This document shows positions 18,434 through 28,134 of a stretch of 64,000 nt of DNA, piece by piece (position 1 is the first letter of the stretch; every line of letters starts with the position of its first letter). This DNA comes from Nitrospirota bacterium. GTDB lineage: Bacteria; Nitrospirota; UBA9217. Location: NCBI GenBank assembly GCA_963751455.1, contig CAVVUN010000003.1:352001-416000 (forward strand). The letters are read 5' to 3'. The notes beneath the pieces are model-generated. The model had not been told where the DNA came from and made no database searches. It saw only the letters and a program-made list of their open reading frames with translations. A program made the translations under genes and the position numbers.

Positions 18434-19765
18434 ATGATCAATATTCTTGCTGTTGACGACGAAGAGCCGTTCCGGCGGCTGCTGAAAAAGGAACTGGGCC
18501 GCAAAGGATACGGCGTCGAGGTCGCCTCCGATGGAAGCGAAGCCGTGCGCCTGCTGCGCGATCGCGTGTTCGACGTGCTCCTTCTCGATGTGGTAATGCC
18601 GGGCGTGGACGGCATCGAGCTGATGAAAAAACTGAAGGATGACGGCTCCACACCGCCCATTATCGTGCTGACCGGCAAGGCCACCGTGGAAACAGCGGTT
18701 GAGGCGATGAAAAACGGCGCCTACGATTATCTCACTAAGCCGTACAAACTCGATGAACTTATAATCGTTATCGACCGCGCGTATGAGTTTGCAAGACTGA
18801 GCGTCAAGAACAAGCTGCTGGAGCAGGAGCTGATCAGGCAGGAAGCTCCCGTCGAATTCATCGGTAAAAGCAGGCAGCTCCAGGAAATTCTTGCGCTGAT
18901 TCAGAAAGTGGCGCCCGCGGATTCTCCGGTCTTCATTCAGGGCGAGAGCGGAACAGGCAAGGAGATCGTCGCCAATACGGTCTGGCACCTGAGCACCCGC
19001 CAGGGAGCGCCGTTCATTGCACTGAACTGCGCAGCGCTTTCGGAAAACCTTATCGAATCCGAGATCTTCGGCCACGAGAAGGGCGCATTTACGAGCGCAT
19101 ATCAAATGAAACACGGTCTGGTTGAAGTTGCGGACAGGGGCACGCTTTTCCTTGACGAGATAGGCGAAATGCCTGTGGGGCTCCAGGCGAAGCTTCTGCG
19201 GTTCCTCGATTCGGGCGAATTCCGTCGGGTCGGCGGAAACAAGGCCCTGCATGTTGATGTGAGAGTCATTGCCGCGACGAACAAGGACCTGCCCGCTATG
19301 ATAAAGACCGGAAACTTCCGGGAAGACCTGTACTACCGCCTGAATGTCATTAATATAACGATTCCGCCGCTGCGGGAGCGAAAAGAGGACATTACCGAGC
19401 TGTCGCGTCATTTTCTGGAAAAGTACGCCAGGAAACTGGCTAAGCACGTCAGGGATTTTACAGCAGAATCGCTTGAACTGCTCATCGCCTATCGGTGGCC
19501 CGGAAACGTCCGCGAGCTCGAGAACGTCGTCGAACGAGCAGTGATCGTCTGCGAATCCGGCACCATCGGGGCCGAGGACCTGTCCATTCCGTCCTATGCC
19601 GGCATCGAGGCAATGAGCTTCAATCCATCTCTCGAGGAGATGGAGAAGGAATATATCCTGCGTGTCCTGAAGGAAACCGGCGGAAACCAGTCAAAAGCGA
19701 GCCAGCTCCTCGGCATCGACCGCAAGACGCTGTATCTTAAGTTGAAAAAATACGAGATCAGCTGA
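18434..19765 (+). CDS. Sigma54-dependent response regulator (NtrC/AtoC family)
   Basis: Receiver; GESGTGKE, GAFTSA, FLDEIG, WPGNVREL; Fis-type HTH. Confidence 0.95.
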   Translation: MINILAVDDEEPFRRLLKKELGRKGYGVEVASDGSEAVRLLRDRVFDVLLLDVVMPGVDGIELMKKLKDDGSTPPIIVLTGKATVETAVEAMKNGAYDYLTKPYKLDELIIVIDRAYEFARLSVKNKLLEQELIRQEAPVEFIGKSRQLQEILALIQKVAPADSPVFIQGESGTGKEIVANTVWHLSTRQGAPFIALNCAALSENLIESEIFGHEKGAFTSAYQMKHGLVEVADRGTLFLDEIGEMPVGLQAKLLRFLDSGEFRRVGGNKALHVDVRVIAATNKDLPAMIKTGNFREDLYYRLNVINITIPPLRERKEDITELSRHFLEKYARKLAKHVRDFTAESLELLIAYRWPGNVRELENVVERAVIVCESGTIGAEDLSIPSYAGIEAMSFNPSLEEMEKEYILRVLKETGGNQSKASQLLGIDRKTLYLKLKKYEIS

Positions 19766-19960
19766 CACACAACCTCCTGCTGACGGCGAATGCGGATCAG
19801 CCGGAAACAAAAGGTAATGGCGACGAAGCCCGTTTCGTCTTCGTTGTTCGTCTTAAACACTGACCGTAAACCGAATCTCGATACGGGCTTCTAAACCGTA
19901 AAACGACACCGATCTCTTCATTTTGCGCAAAATTTCATTTATAAGAATCAGGTTCATATT

Positions 19961-20854
19961 ATGATCTCTTCTAAATCAGCTCCCATTCTACTGGTTCACG
20001 GCGGCGCCGGTTATAAACGGCCGAAAAAGAAATCTCTTTCCGTGATCGCAGAATCACTTGCGCGGGGTTACGCGGTTCTCCTTAACAACGGCTCTGCAAT
20101 AGATGCTGTCGTCATCGCTATTCGTGTTCTTGAAGATTCGGGCATCTTTAACGCGGGCCTCGGCGGCGTACTGCAGCTCGATGGAGTTCAGAGGCTTGAC
20201 GCTTCAGTCATGGAAGGCAAGGAGCTCAAAGCAGGAGCTGTGGCCGGGCTTGAAGGTTTCCGGAATCCGATTGATGCGGCAAGACGCGTGATGGAGACGG
20301 GCCATGTCATGCTCACCGATATAGGGGCAGGCAGAATAGCCCGGGGTCTGCCGCGTCTTCCGAAACCTTCAAAGGAATCCCGTGCAAAATTGAAAAGGCT
20401 CGTTGAAAAAGAGCCTGCCATTCTTGATCTTTATCGTAAACATTTTTCTACAGTAGGCGCGGTCGCCCTGGATGGGAAAGGAAACCTGGCTGCCGGAACA
20501 TCAACCGGCGGTACGTATGCAATGCTTCCCGGGAGGGTGGGCGACTCGCCCATAATAGGCGCAGGAACTTACGCCGAGAACGTCGCGGGCGCAGTATCAT
20601 GCACGGGCGCAGGAGAATATATCATGAGGCGCGCCCTGGCTAAAGAACTCTGCATGCTGATGTCGGATGTGGCGCCGGTGAGCGCTGCAAGCAAGGCCTT
20701 GAAGGGAATCCTCAAAATCGGAGGTCAGGCAGGTCTGATCGCTCTTGATCGGCAAGGCCGCTTCACACTGGCTCATACAACAGAATACATGGCAGGCGGT
20801 TACGCAAAGGGGAAAAGGATACAGGTTCAGGAAGGTTTTAAAAGGGTACGTTAA
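19961..20854 (+). CDS. Isoaspartyl peptidase/L-asparaginase (Ntn hydrolase)
   Basis: VHGGAG, TVGAVALD nucleophile site, GTSTGG, GRVGDSPIIGAG. Confidence 0.92.
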   Translation: MISSKSAPILLVHGGAGYKRPKKKSLSVIAESLARGYAVLLNNGSAIDAVVIAIRVLEDSGIFNAGLGGVLQLDGVQRLDASVMEGKELKAGAVAGLEGFRNPIDAARRVMETGHVMLTDIGAGRIARGLPRLPKPSKESRAKLKRLVEKEPAILDLYRKHFSTVGAVALDGKGNLAAGTSTGGTYAMLPGRVGDSPIIGAGTYAENVAGAVSCTGAGEYIMRRALAKELCMLMSDVAPVSAASKALKGILKIGGQAGLIALDRQGRFTLAHTTEYMAGGYAKGKRIQVQEGFKRVR

Positions 20855-20861
20855 TCAAGCA

Positions 20862-21806
20862 TTAACTCTTGTCCGGTCTTGTTAAAGAGTTCCCGTATCC
20901 CTCTTTATCGATAAAATCTCTTCTGAATGCATCACCGTTCAATTTTTCACCGATAATTACTATCCTGTTGTCCTCCACATTCTTCCCGAAGGCTGCACAA
21001 TTCACCTTGCCGTAGACAAGATCGAACCGGTATGGTCCGCAGTCTGTTGAGACAAGGGCTTTGGCCCTTACTATAGTGCCGTACCGACCGGAGGGAAGCT
21101 CTCTGAAGAGCTTCTTTACAGCCTCGAATTCGAGGCCCTGCTTCAGTCTATAGGATAGTGTATCGAAATGAAAATGCCCGCCAAAACGTTCTTTTTTATA
21201 TTTATCCACACCCGCCCTCACCTCGGTCCTCTCTCGTGAGAGAGCACGAAATAAAGAATCTTGAACTTCGGCATTAGCCGTTCTGAACAGTATCGCCTGC
21301 GGATTGATTGCCTCGATTAAATGAACTGCTTCCACGATTTTTTCCTCTTCGGCAATATCTATCTTGTTCGCCAAAATTACATCCGAGTTGATGATCTGGT
21401 CTTCAAAAAAAGCTCCGTACATGCCGGACGCCCAGAGCTCGGCGAATTCGGTTACATCGATGAGGCCGATCACACTGATCCTGCTGATGCGCATACTCCG
21501 GAGCGCTTCGAGAACTCCGGACGGCGACGCGATACCGCTCGGCTCTATAATAAGCTGATCCGGCGAAAACTCGTTGATGATCCTTTTGACAATTGTTACG
21601 AGCTCGGATTTCAGACTACAGCACACACACCCGCTTGGTAGTTCAATGCACTCTATGCCGCCGGCAGAAAATATTTCACCGTCAATCCCGGCTGCACCGA
21701 AATCGTTTACGAGCACCACGGTTTTCTCTCTCTTGTCCTTCAGGAAGTTTCTGATAAACGTTGTCTTCCCGGAACCCAGCAACCCGCAAACAACCGTTGT
21801 TTTCAT
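20862..21806 (-). CDS. CobW/COG0523-family metallochaperone GTPase
   Basis: GLLGSGKTT, VNDFG, GCVCC, IEPSG, NKID; C-terminal RAKA...IVIIG. Confidence 0.9.
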   Translation of the reverse strand: MKTTVVCGLLGSGKTTFIRNFLKDKREKTVVLVNDFGAAGIDGEIFSAGGIECIELPSGCVCCSLKSELVTIVKRIINEFSPDQLIIEPSGIASPSGVLEALRSMRISRISVIGLIDVTEFAELWASGMYGAFFEDQIINSDVILANKIDIAEEEKIVEAVHLIEAINPQAILFRTANAEVQDSLFRALSRERTEVRAGVDKYKKERFGGHFHFDTLSYRLKQGLEFEAVKKLFRELPSGRYGTIVRAKALVSTDCGPYRFDLVYGKVNCAAFGKNVEDNRIVIIGEKLNGDAFRRDFIDKEGYGNSLTRPDKS

Positions 21807-21910
21807 ATAAAGGCTCTCCTCGCAATGACATATATTGCAAATTCCATGCGCTGCACAGATTCGCTATTTCTTTATGAGAATTGATGAGAATTGAGAAATA
21901 TGTACACGAA

Positions 21911-21965
21911 TATCCCCATATCAGGTGAGGAATTTTTCCCCGCCTATGAGGTATTATTCAACTAT
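21911..21965. promoter_or_regulatory. Candidate enhancer (UAS) sites for a sigma54 activator
   Basis: Tandem imperfect palindromes tatcccca / gtgaggaatttttcccc / atgaggtattattca about 200 bp upstream of a -24/-12 promoter. Confidence 0.4.
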
Positions 21966-22152
21966 TCCATATTTGAATACTTTCTCAAATTACAACTTTA
22001 CTTTGAACGCATTTCGCCTCGCCAGGACGGAAAATTTATTCGCCTAATAATGCAGTAAAAATAGGGCCTAAATCGATTCTTTTCCTGTTTTGACTCCAGC
22101 TCCAATACAGCGGCTCATGAAATGTCGAATGCTCTGTTTTGGTTACTTATTG

Positions 22153-22168
22153 TGGCACTATAAATGCA
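22153..22168 (+). promoter_or_regulatory. Sigma54 (-24/-12) promoter of the methyltransferase operon
   Basis: TGGCAC-TATAA-ATGCA. Confidence 0.75.
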
Positions 22169-22184
22169 TTATTAGTAACGCGTC

Positions 22185-22508
22185 ATGAAGAACACTATTC
22201 TTTGCTCCTCTAATCCGATATTGATAAAGAGTCTGTACGGTATTCTCCGGGACCAAGGGCTTGAAGTAGAAGTCATAGAACATCCTGCCCTTGCCGTTCA
22301 GAAGGTGATGGCCATAAGGTACGACTTTATAGTTATTGACTCCGACCCGTTTGGTCTTTCTGCTGAAGACGCGGTAAATATCATAAAAACGGTTGCACCC
22401 GGCCTTCCTATTCTCTTCATAGGCAACAGCGGCGGCGGCCGGATTGAAGCACCTCTTGATCTTGAAGAGTTCAAGCGAATGATCGACAGCATCAGTCAGA
22501 TGGCGTGA
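22185..22508 (+). CDS. Degenerate receiver-domain protein
   Basis: Receiver-like pattern (YDFIVIDSD, LPILFIG, PLDLEEF) lacking the N-terminal acidic pair. Confidence 0.6.
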   Translation: MKNTILCSSNPILIKSLYGILRDQGLEVEVIEHPALAVQKVMAIRYDFIVIDSDPFGLSAEDAVNIIKTVAPGLPILFIGNSGGGRIEAPLDLEEFKRMIDSISQMA

Positions 22509-22537
22509 CTACAATCAAAATTCTGAAGGGAGACGCT

Positions 22538-23566
22538 ATGAGACCGAAGGACGTTATTTTAAAGGCTTTCGAAGGAGGCAAGCCGGACAGACTTCCGGTT
22601 ACGCTTTTCGGCGCCGGAATGTGGAGCATTAAAGATTGGGGCACCTCGTTTCAAGCTCTTTCACGGGATGCTGACAAAATGACGTCTATGCTCGTGGAAA
22701 TGGCTCCGAAGCTTCAGTGCGACATGGTATATCCGGGTTCCGGCTACAACAACTTCCACGCATCTGCGCTGGGCGGCAAGATCAAATTCCGCGAGATAGG
22801 CGCGCCCGACCTGGAAAACCACTTCGTGTCTTCAGAGGAAGATCTTGCGAAGCTGAATTTGTCCGATCTCGATAAGGATGAGACGATCAACACTGTAAAG
22901 AAAGCTCTCCGCCGGACCAAGGCGAAGATTGGTGACACCTATGTGGTAACCATGACTGCCTGGGGCCCGTTTACCCTGGGCGCGCGTCTTGTTGGAGAAG
23001 AAACCATGATGAAGGCGACATTTAAAAAACCCGCCTTTGTCGAGAAGGTAATCAACTTTGCTACCGACCTCCTGATCCATCTGTACGAGCCGATTGTTTC
23101 GGACAAAACTCTCGACGTCATAAGCCTTGCCGATCCGACCGCTTCAGGTGACCTCATATCCAAAAAACAGTTCGAGAAATTCGCCGTGCCCTACCTCAAG
23201 AAATTCACGGACTGGGCAAAAGCGAAAGGCGTACATACACTTGTCCATATTTGCGGCAATACGACCGACCGGCTGGATCTTTTTCCGCTTACCGGAGCAA
23301 GCTGCATCAGTCTCGATCATAAGACCGATATAGCAAAGGCAAGGGAAACGCTCCATGGCAAGATGTGCTTCGGTGGAAATGTGGACCCCGTGAAAATCAT
23401 GCTGAATGGCACGGTACAGGATGTAGAGAAGGCATGTACGGATATCATAAATGCGACCGGCAGGGACGGTGGTTTCGTTCTTATGCCGGGCTGCGACATT
23501 CCGCCGACCGTACCCTATGACAACATCAGGAAATTCATCCAGGTGGCTCACGAGACGAAGATGTGA
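22538..23566 (+). CDS. MtaA/CmuA-family (UroD-fold) Zn methyltransferase 1
   Basis: ADPTASGDLIS, Zn motif VHICG...MPGCD, GNVDP. Confidence 0.88.
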   Translation: MRPKDVILKAFEGGKPDRLPVTLFGAGMWSIKDWGTSFQALSRDADKMTSMLVEMAPKLQCDMVYPGSGYNNFHASALGGKIKFREIGAPDLENHFVSSEEDLAKLNLSDLDKDETINTVKKALRRTKAKIGDTYVVTMTAWGPFTLGARLVGEETMMKATFKKPAFVEKVINFATDLLIHLYEPIVSDKTLDVISLADPTASGDLISKKQFEKFAVPYLKKFTDWAKAKGVHTLVHICGNTTDRLDLFPLTGASCISLDHKTDIAKARETLHGKMCFGGNVDPVKIMLNGTVQDVEKACTDIINATGRDGGFVLMPGCDIPPTVPYDNIRKFIQVAHETKM

Positions 23567-23917
23567 TCGTAACCACGGATAAACACAGGTCCGGCTTTGC
23601 CGGACACACAGATAACAACCATGAGAAAAGAGTAAATGAAACAAAAAATTAGAGCTTGTCGTGTGTGTACTCCAGCGTACCCATTTACTATTTGTTCAAT
23701 ATACTTATGCTTATCCGTGCGTTTCGCGAAGCGAAACCCGTGGTTCCAGTTTATAAATATTCCGTGTAAACCGGGTTAGAGGGCATTACAAATCGACAAG
23801 GAGGTGACAGGCCTTAATCAGAAGTTGAAAGGAGGTCGATTCGTGGGTTTTTTAGAGGAGTTGAAAAAATTGTTTTTCCGGGCGCAAGAAGTGTCCGGGC
23901 AAAGGGAGGCAATAAAA

Positions 23918-24361
23918 ATGGCAGATAAAAAAATGACTTTAGAAGAAGTAAATGAGTACATGAAAAAGCAGTGCGGTTTTGTTCCGCGCATGTTCCAGAT
24001 CATCAACACGGTGACACCGGAACCGGGCAGGACGTTTGCAGACTTCTATGCTAGCATATTTGCCGACGGCGCGCTTTCGCGCAAAGTGAAAGAGCTGATG
24101 TTCATGGCAGGCGGCGTATCATATTGTTCGCCGCGGTGCATCATCCACGTGATCCCCGCCATCAACGCGGGTGCGACCACGGGCGAGATCTTCGAGGCCG
24201 CTTCTGTAGGCATGATCCTGGCAGGCTTCGTGCCGGGAGGCCCCGGCATACCGTACGCTTTCGAGTATGCGCTGAAATGCCTCGACATCGAGGCCAAATA
24301 CCGGAAGGGCGAGAAGTGGGAGTATCTTCCTCAGCCCAAGTTCGACCACGGCGTGTTCTAA
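23918..24361 (+). CDS. Carboxymuconolactone decarboxylase/AhpD-like protein
   Basis: GALSRKVKEL...YCSPRCIIH...AGATTGEI; RBS GGAGG. Confidence 0.8.
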   Translation: MADKKMTLEEVNEYMKKQCGFVPRMFQIINTVTPEPGRTFADFYASIFADGALSRKVKELMFMAGGVSYCSPRCIIHVIPAINAGATTGEIFEAASVGMILAGFVPGGPGIPYAFEYALKCLDIEAKYRKGEKWEYLPQPKFDHGVF

Positions 24362-24557
24362 ACTAATATCGACAGCGGGGGAGCGTTTCGAAGGCTCCCC
24401 CGTTATTTTGGAATTATCTTTGTTCATAAAAATGGCGTTGTTCTCACACAAAGCCACAAAGGCACAAAGAAAACAGGTTGTAATATTTTTTCCTTCGTGT
24501 CTCTGTGCCTTCGTGTGAGTCAAAACCGTCCTCGAATTTAGATTAAAGGGGCCAATC

Positions 24558-25505
24558 ATGTTTCGATTTAACAGAGAACAAAAAGTTTTTACCCTTGACG
24601 GCATCAAGATCGGCGGACAGCCGGGTGAAAACCCGCCGCTGCTGATCGCGTCCATGTTTCACAACAAGGACAGGATTTTGACGGACCGGAAGGGCAACTT
24701 CGACCGCGCAAAAGCGGTCGAGTTGATCAGGACTCAGGAAAAGCTTTCCGAGTCTACCGGGATTCCTTCCATGGTCGCCATGGTGGCCAACTCGGCAGAA
24801 GAAGCTAAGATCTACATCGATTTTTACCGCGAGACCACGAAGATGCCCTTCGGCATCGACATGTGGGTGGCAGAAAAAAGAGCGGAGGCAACCGAGTACG
24901 TCGCTCAACTGGGCCTGCAGGACCAGTTTCTGTATAACAGCATCACTCCCTGGGACAAAGACATCAAGGGTCAGGTGCAGAAGCTTAAGGACCTCGGGAT
25001 CAAGCACGTTGTGCTACAGGCCTTTGACGACAAGGACCAGTCTCCGGCCGGCCGCCTGAACTCTCTGGAGAACATCCTGGGACAGGGCGCGGACTGTTTC
25101 GAGACTATCATAGTTGATACGTCTGTAATGAACCTGCCTGCTACGTCTTTCTCCCTGGTGGCCAACAGGCTGATCAAGGAGAAACTGGGTCTTCCCTGCG
25201 GCGGCGCCTACTCGAACGGGACGCATATGTGGCAAGCGGCGAAAACTATCTGGAGCCTGGACGGGTTCAAGGCGATGGATGCGGTCGCACAGGGCATGGC
25301 GTCGGTCCTGTGGAGCGACTTCAATTTCTACGGCCCGATAGTTACCGCGCCGCGCATTTTCCCCGCAGTAGCTGCCGCGCATATCCTGCTGAGCACGCTC
25401 ATATATCATGAAACACAGACCATGCCCGAAAGTAAAAATCTCCCGATCAAGAAGTACTTCGGGGACTTTCTGGAAAAATTGGAAGCAGGAGCAGCGAGAA
25501 AGTAG
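24558..25505 (+). CDS. mtrH: MtrH-family methyltransferase (MtrH/CmuB/MtgA type, pterin-binding)
   Basis: MFRFNREQKVF...IGGQPGENPPLLIASMFH, LYNSI, KEKLGLPCG, DFNFYGPI. Confidence 0.88.
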   Translation: MFRFNREQKVFTLDGIKIGGQPGENPPLLIASMFHNKDRILTDRKGNFDRAKAVELIRTQEKLSESTGIPSMVAMVANSAEEAKIYIDFYRETTKMPFGIDMWVAEKRAEATEYVAQLGLQDQFLYNSITPWDKDIKGQVQKLKDLGIKHVVLQAFDDKDQSPAGRLNSLENILGQGADCFETIIVDTSVMNLPATSFSLVANRLIKEKLGLPCGGAYSNGTHMWQAAKTIWSLDGFKAMDAVAQGMASVLWSDFNFYGPIVTAPRIFPAVAAAHILLSTLIYHETQTMPESKNLPIKKYFGDFLEKLEAGAARK

Positions 25506-25592
25506 CGCTCTCGCGCTATTTCAAAATGGAAAATGCAAAGTGATAATAAGTCCAATTTGCACTTTGCAATAAGTTATTGAAAAGGAGGATGC

Positions 25593-26621
25593 ATGACCAC
25601 ATTAAGTGCAAGAGACCGCGTGTTGAAGCTCTTCGCGGGAGAAGAGGTGGACCGGCCGCCGTGCTTCAGCGGCATGGGTAATGTAACCACCGAGGGGTTG
25701 AAGTCGCTCGGTCAGAAGTTCGCGGCCACGCATCTTGACGCAAAAATGATGGCCGCGGCCGCGGCAAGCACATTCAAGCTCTTCGGGTTCGAGTGCGGGG
25801 TCTTACCGTTCGACCTGTGCATCGAAGCAGAGGCGTTGGGCTGCGAAATCAACGTGTATGCGCACTCTGAGGACCTTCTCTATCCTACCATCAAGAAGAA
25901 ACTGATCCACAACGAGGCTGAGATGGAAATTTCCATCCCTTCCAATATTTCCGAACGCGGCCGGGTCCCGCTGATGAGGGACGCGATCGGGCTCCTCAAG
26001 AAGGACATCGGCTCACAAACAGCAATCGGTTCGTACGTTCTGGGGCCTTTCACGCTGGCCGGCCAGGTAATGGAGCTGAACGACCTTCTGAAACTTTCCT
26101 TCAAAAAGCCTGACAAGATCGGCAAGCTCCTTGACCAGCTCTCCGATGTCATTATCCAGGTAGCCGGAGAGTACGAGAAGGCCGGCGTCGATTACATCAC
26201 CGTGCGCGAAATGGGAGCGACTTCCGACGTTCTCTCCCCCCGCGTGTTCAAGAGCCTGATCCTGCCGTACCTGAAGAAGATCTTCGACAAGCTTACGGTG
26301 CCCAGTGTGCTGCACATATGCGGCAAAACAAACGATATCGCTCCGTTCATGGTCGAGAGCGGCGCCAGGGCAATAAGCGTGGACCAGAAGAACGACGTAG
26401 CTGAAACAAGAAAGAAGCTTGGTCCCAAAACGCTTATCTTCGGAAACTATGACCCCTACAACGTGCTGGTTGCGGGCACGCCGGAGCAGGTTCGAGTGAC
26501 GATCAATAAATGCATGGACGACGGTGTAAGCGCCGTGTGGCCGGGATGCGACATCTGGCCTACGGTGCCGGTAGACAATTTCACAACGATGATGGATCAA
26601 GTCAGAAAGTTCAGGAGGTAA
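25593..26621 (+). CDS. MtaA/CmuA-family Zn methyltransferase 2 (methylcobamide:thiol type)
   Basis: LPFDLCIEAEALGCEI, GPFTLA, Zn motif LHICG...WPGCD. Confidence 0.88.
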   Translation: MTTLSARDRVLKLFAGEEVDRPPCFSGMGNVTTEGLKSLGQKFAATHLDAKMMAAAAASTFKLFGFECGVLPFDLCIEAEALGCEINVYAHSEDLLYPTIKKKLIHNEAEMEISIPSNISERGRVPLMRDAIGLLKKDIGSQTAIGSYVLGPFTLAGQVMELNDLLKLSFKKPDKIGKLLDQLSDVIIQVAGEYEKAGVDYITVREMGATSDVLSPRVFKSLILPYLKKIFDKLTVPSVLHICGKTNDIAPFMVESGARAISVDQKNDVAETRKKLGPKTLIFGNYDPYNVLVAGTPEQVRVTINKCMDDGVSAVWPGCDIWPTVPVDNFTTMMDQVRKFRR

Positions 26622-26624
26622 TCC

Positions 26625-27317
26625 ATGGCAACGGAAGAGAAGAAGAAGGAGCTTTTGGAGAAACTGCGGAACGCCGTTATCCAGTACGATGAAGATACGT
26701 CGAAAGAGGCCGCTCATGAAGCCCTCAAGGAGGGAATAGAGGCGAACGACGCGATTTTCAACGGCCTCGTCAGCGGTATGGTGGAGGTGGGCAAAATGTT
26801 CGAGGCCCAGGAGTATTTCGTCCCGGAGCTGCTGATGTGCGCCGACGCGCTTTATGCAGGCCTCGACATCCTGAAGCCCCATGTCACGCAGCTCGACCTC
26901 GGGGTAAAGGGGTCGGTCGTAATCGGTACGGTCGAAGGAGACGTCCATGATATCGGCAAGAACATCGTAAAGATGATGTTCGACGTTGCCGGCTTCACGG
27001 TCTATGACCTTGGCCGCGACGTACCGCTCGATAAGTTCGTTGCCGAACAGATGCGCACTGACTCGGACCTTGTCTGCCTGTCCGCGATGATGACCACGAC
27101 CATGACGGGGATGAAAAAAGTCATCGATGACCTGCGGACCAAGAACCCGAACGTCAAGATCATGATCGGCGGCGCGCCGGTTTCGCAGGATGTGGCCGAC
27201 AAGTACGGCGCGGACGGCTATGCCAAGGATGCGACAAACGCGCTCAAGGACGCCATCAACATGGTTGCGTCCCTGAAGAAAATGAAGGATGAGGTTGAAG
27301 CAAAGAAGGCAAAATGA
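26625..27317 (+). CDS. Corrinoid (B12-binding) protein, MtaC/MtbC family
   Basis: EYFVPEL cap, GTVEGDVHDIGKNIV, SAMMTTT, IGGAP. Confidence 0.95.
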   Translation: MATEEKKKELLEKLRNAVIQYDEDTSKEAAHEALKEGIEANDAIFNGLVSGMVEVGKMFEAQEYFVPELLMCADALYAGLDILKPHVTQLDLGVKGSVVIGTVEGDVHDIGKNIVKMMFDVAGFTVYDLGRDVPLDKFVAEQMRTDSDLVCLSAMMTTTMTGMKKVIDDLRTKNPNVKIMIGGAPVSQDVADKYGADGYAKDATNALKDAINMVASLKKMKDEVEAKKAK

Positions 27318-27994
27318 AGACCGAGCTCAGAGATGAGTTGCTGAATCAGGGTGCTGCCGTCGTCGGCTTTGCGTGCCTCAAAGGCTACATGAGCGGGGAA
27401 ATCAGCCATCTGGAGACGGCTGTATCCATCGGCGTGGATCGGAGATTGAACGAGAACACGCTCAGCCTGCTGATGAAGCTGCAAAAGCGAACTGTCCGAG
27501 TTCTCAAATCCCGTGGATTCCGGACGCTCGCCATACCGCCTGATTCAGACCGCAAAAAAGGCACTTTCATCTCGAAGCTTTATTCGCTCTTTAACCACAA
27601 AATGGCTGCAACCTCCGCGGGCCTGGGTTGGATAGGGAAGAACGGGCTTCTCATCAATCGCGAATTCGGCCCCCGGCTCTCGCTCGTAACAGTGCTGACC
27701 GATGCTGCAATTGATTCGGACATGCCGGTGGAACACTGCTTGTGCGGGGAGTGCAGTCTCTGCGTGCAATACTGTCCATCCCACGCCATCACGGGATCTG
27801 AATGGTCGCGCTCTTCACCCTTCGTGGAACTGGTGCGGCTGAATGCATGCAGAAGTCACAAGGCGACAAAACGGCTGACCGAGGGAAAACCGAATTGCGG
27901 TCTCTGCATCAATATCTGTCCATACGGCAGGAAGGACGATACGGCGACTAAAATAGTTAACCACGGAGACACAGAAGCACGGAGAAGAGATTAA
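27314..27994 (+). CDS. QueG/reductive-dehalogenase-like 2x[4Fe-4S] protein
   Basis: NHKMAATSAGLGWIGKNGLLI..FGPRL; CGECSLCVQYCP and CGLCINICP. Confidence 0.8.
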   Translation: MKTELRDELLNQGAAVVGFACLKGYMSGEISHLETAVSIGVDRRLNENTLSLLMKLQKRTVRVLKSRGFRTLAIPPDSDRKKGTFISKLYSLFNHKMAATSAGLGWIGKNGLLINREFGPRLSLVTVLTDAAIDSDMPVEHCLCGECSLCVQYCPSHAITGSEWSRSSPFVELVRLNACRSHKATKRLTEGKPNCGLCINICPYGRKDDTATKIVNHGDTEARRRD

Positions 27995-28047
27995 GTCTCT
28001 ATCAATTAAAGTCTGATATATTGTTGACGCTTCTCCCGGCGTTTCCA

Positions 28048-28090
28048 CCTGCGGCCAGCGTTTAAGAGTGCGAAGCGCGAATGCAGGCTG
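28048..28090 (+). repeat. CCTGC...GCAGGSTG micro-element copy
   Basis: cctgcggccagcgtttaagagtgcgaagcgcgaatgcaggctg inside the right arm of an intergenic palindrome. Confidence 0.7.
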
Positions 28091-28134
28091 TGCCTCCGTG
28101 GTGAAGCTTGATTCTTACGTTTTTTGGAGGGTTC

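Noticed and set aside
21836-21852. Sigma54 promoter for cobW on the minus strand
   Set aside because: GCGCATGGAATTTGCA lacks the invariant GG at -24.
22538-26621. hemE (uroporphyrinogen decarboxylase) call for the two UroD-fold genes
   Set aside because: They lack the RQAGR motif, have H-x-C...C Zn ligands and flank a corrinoid protein.
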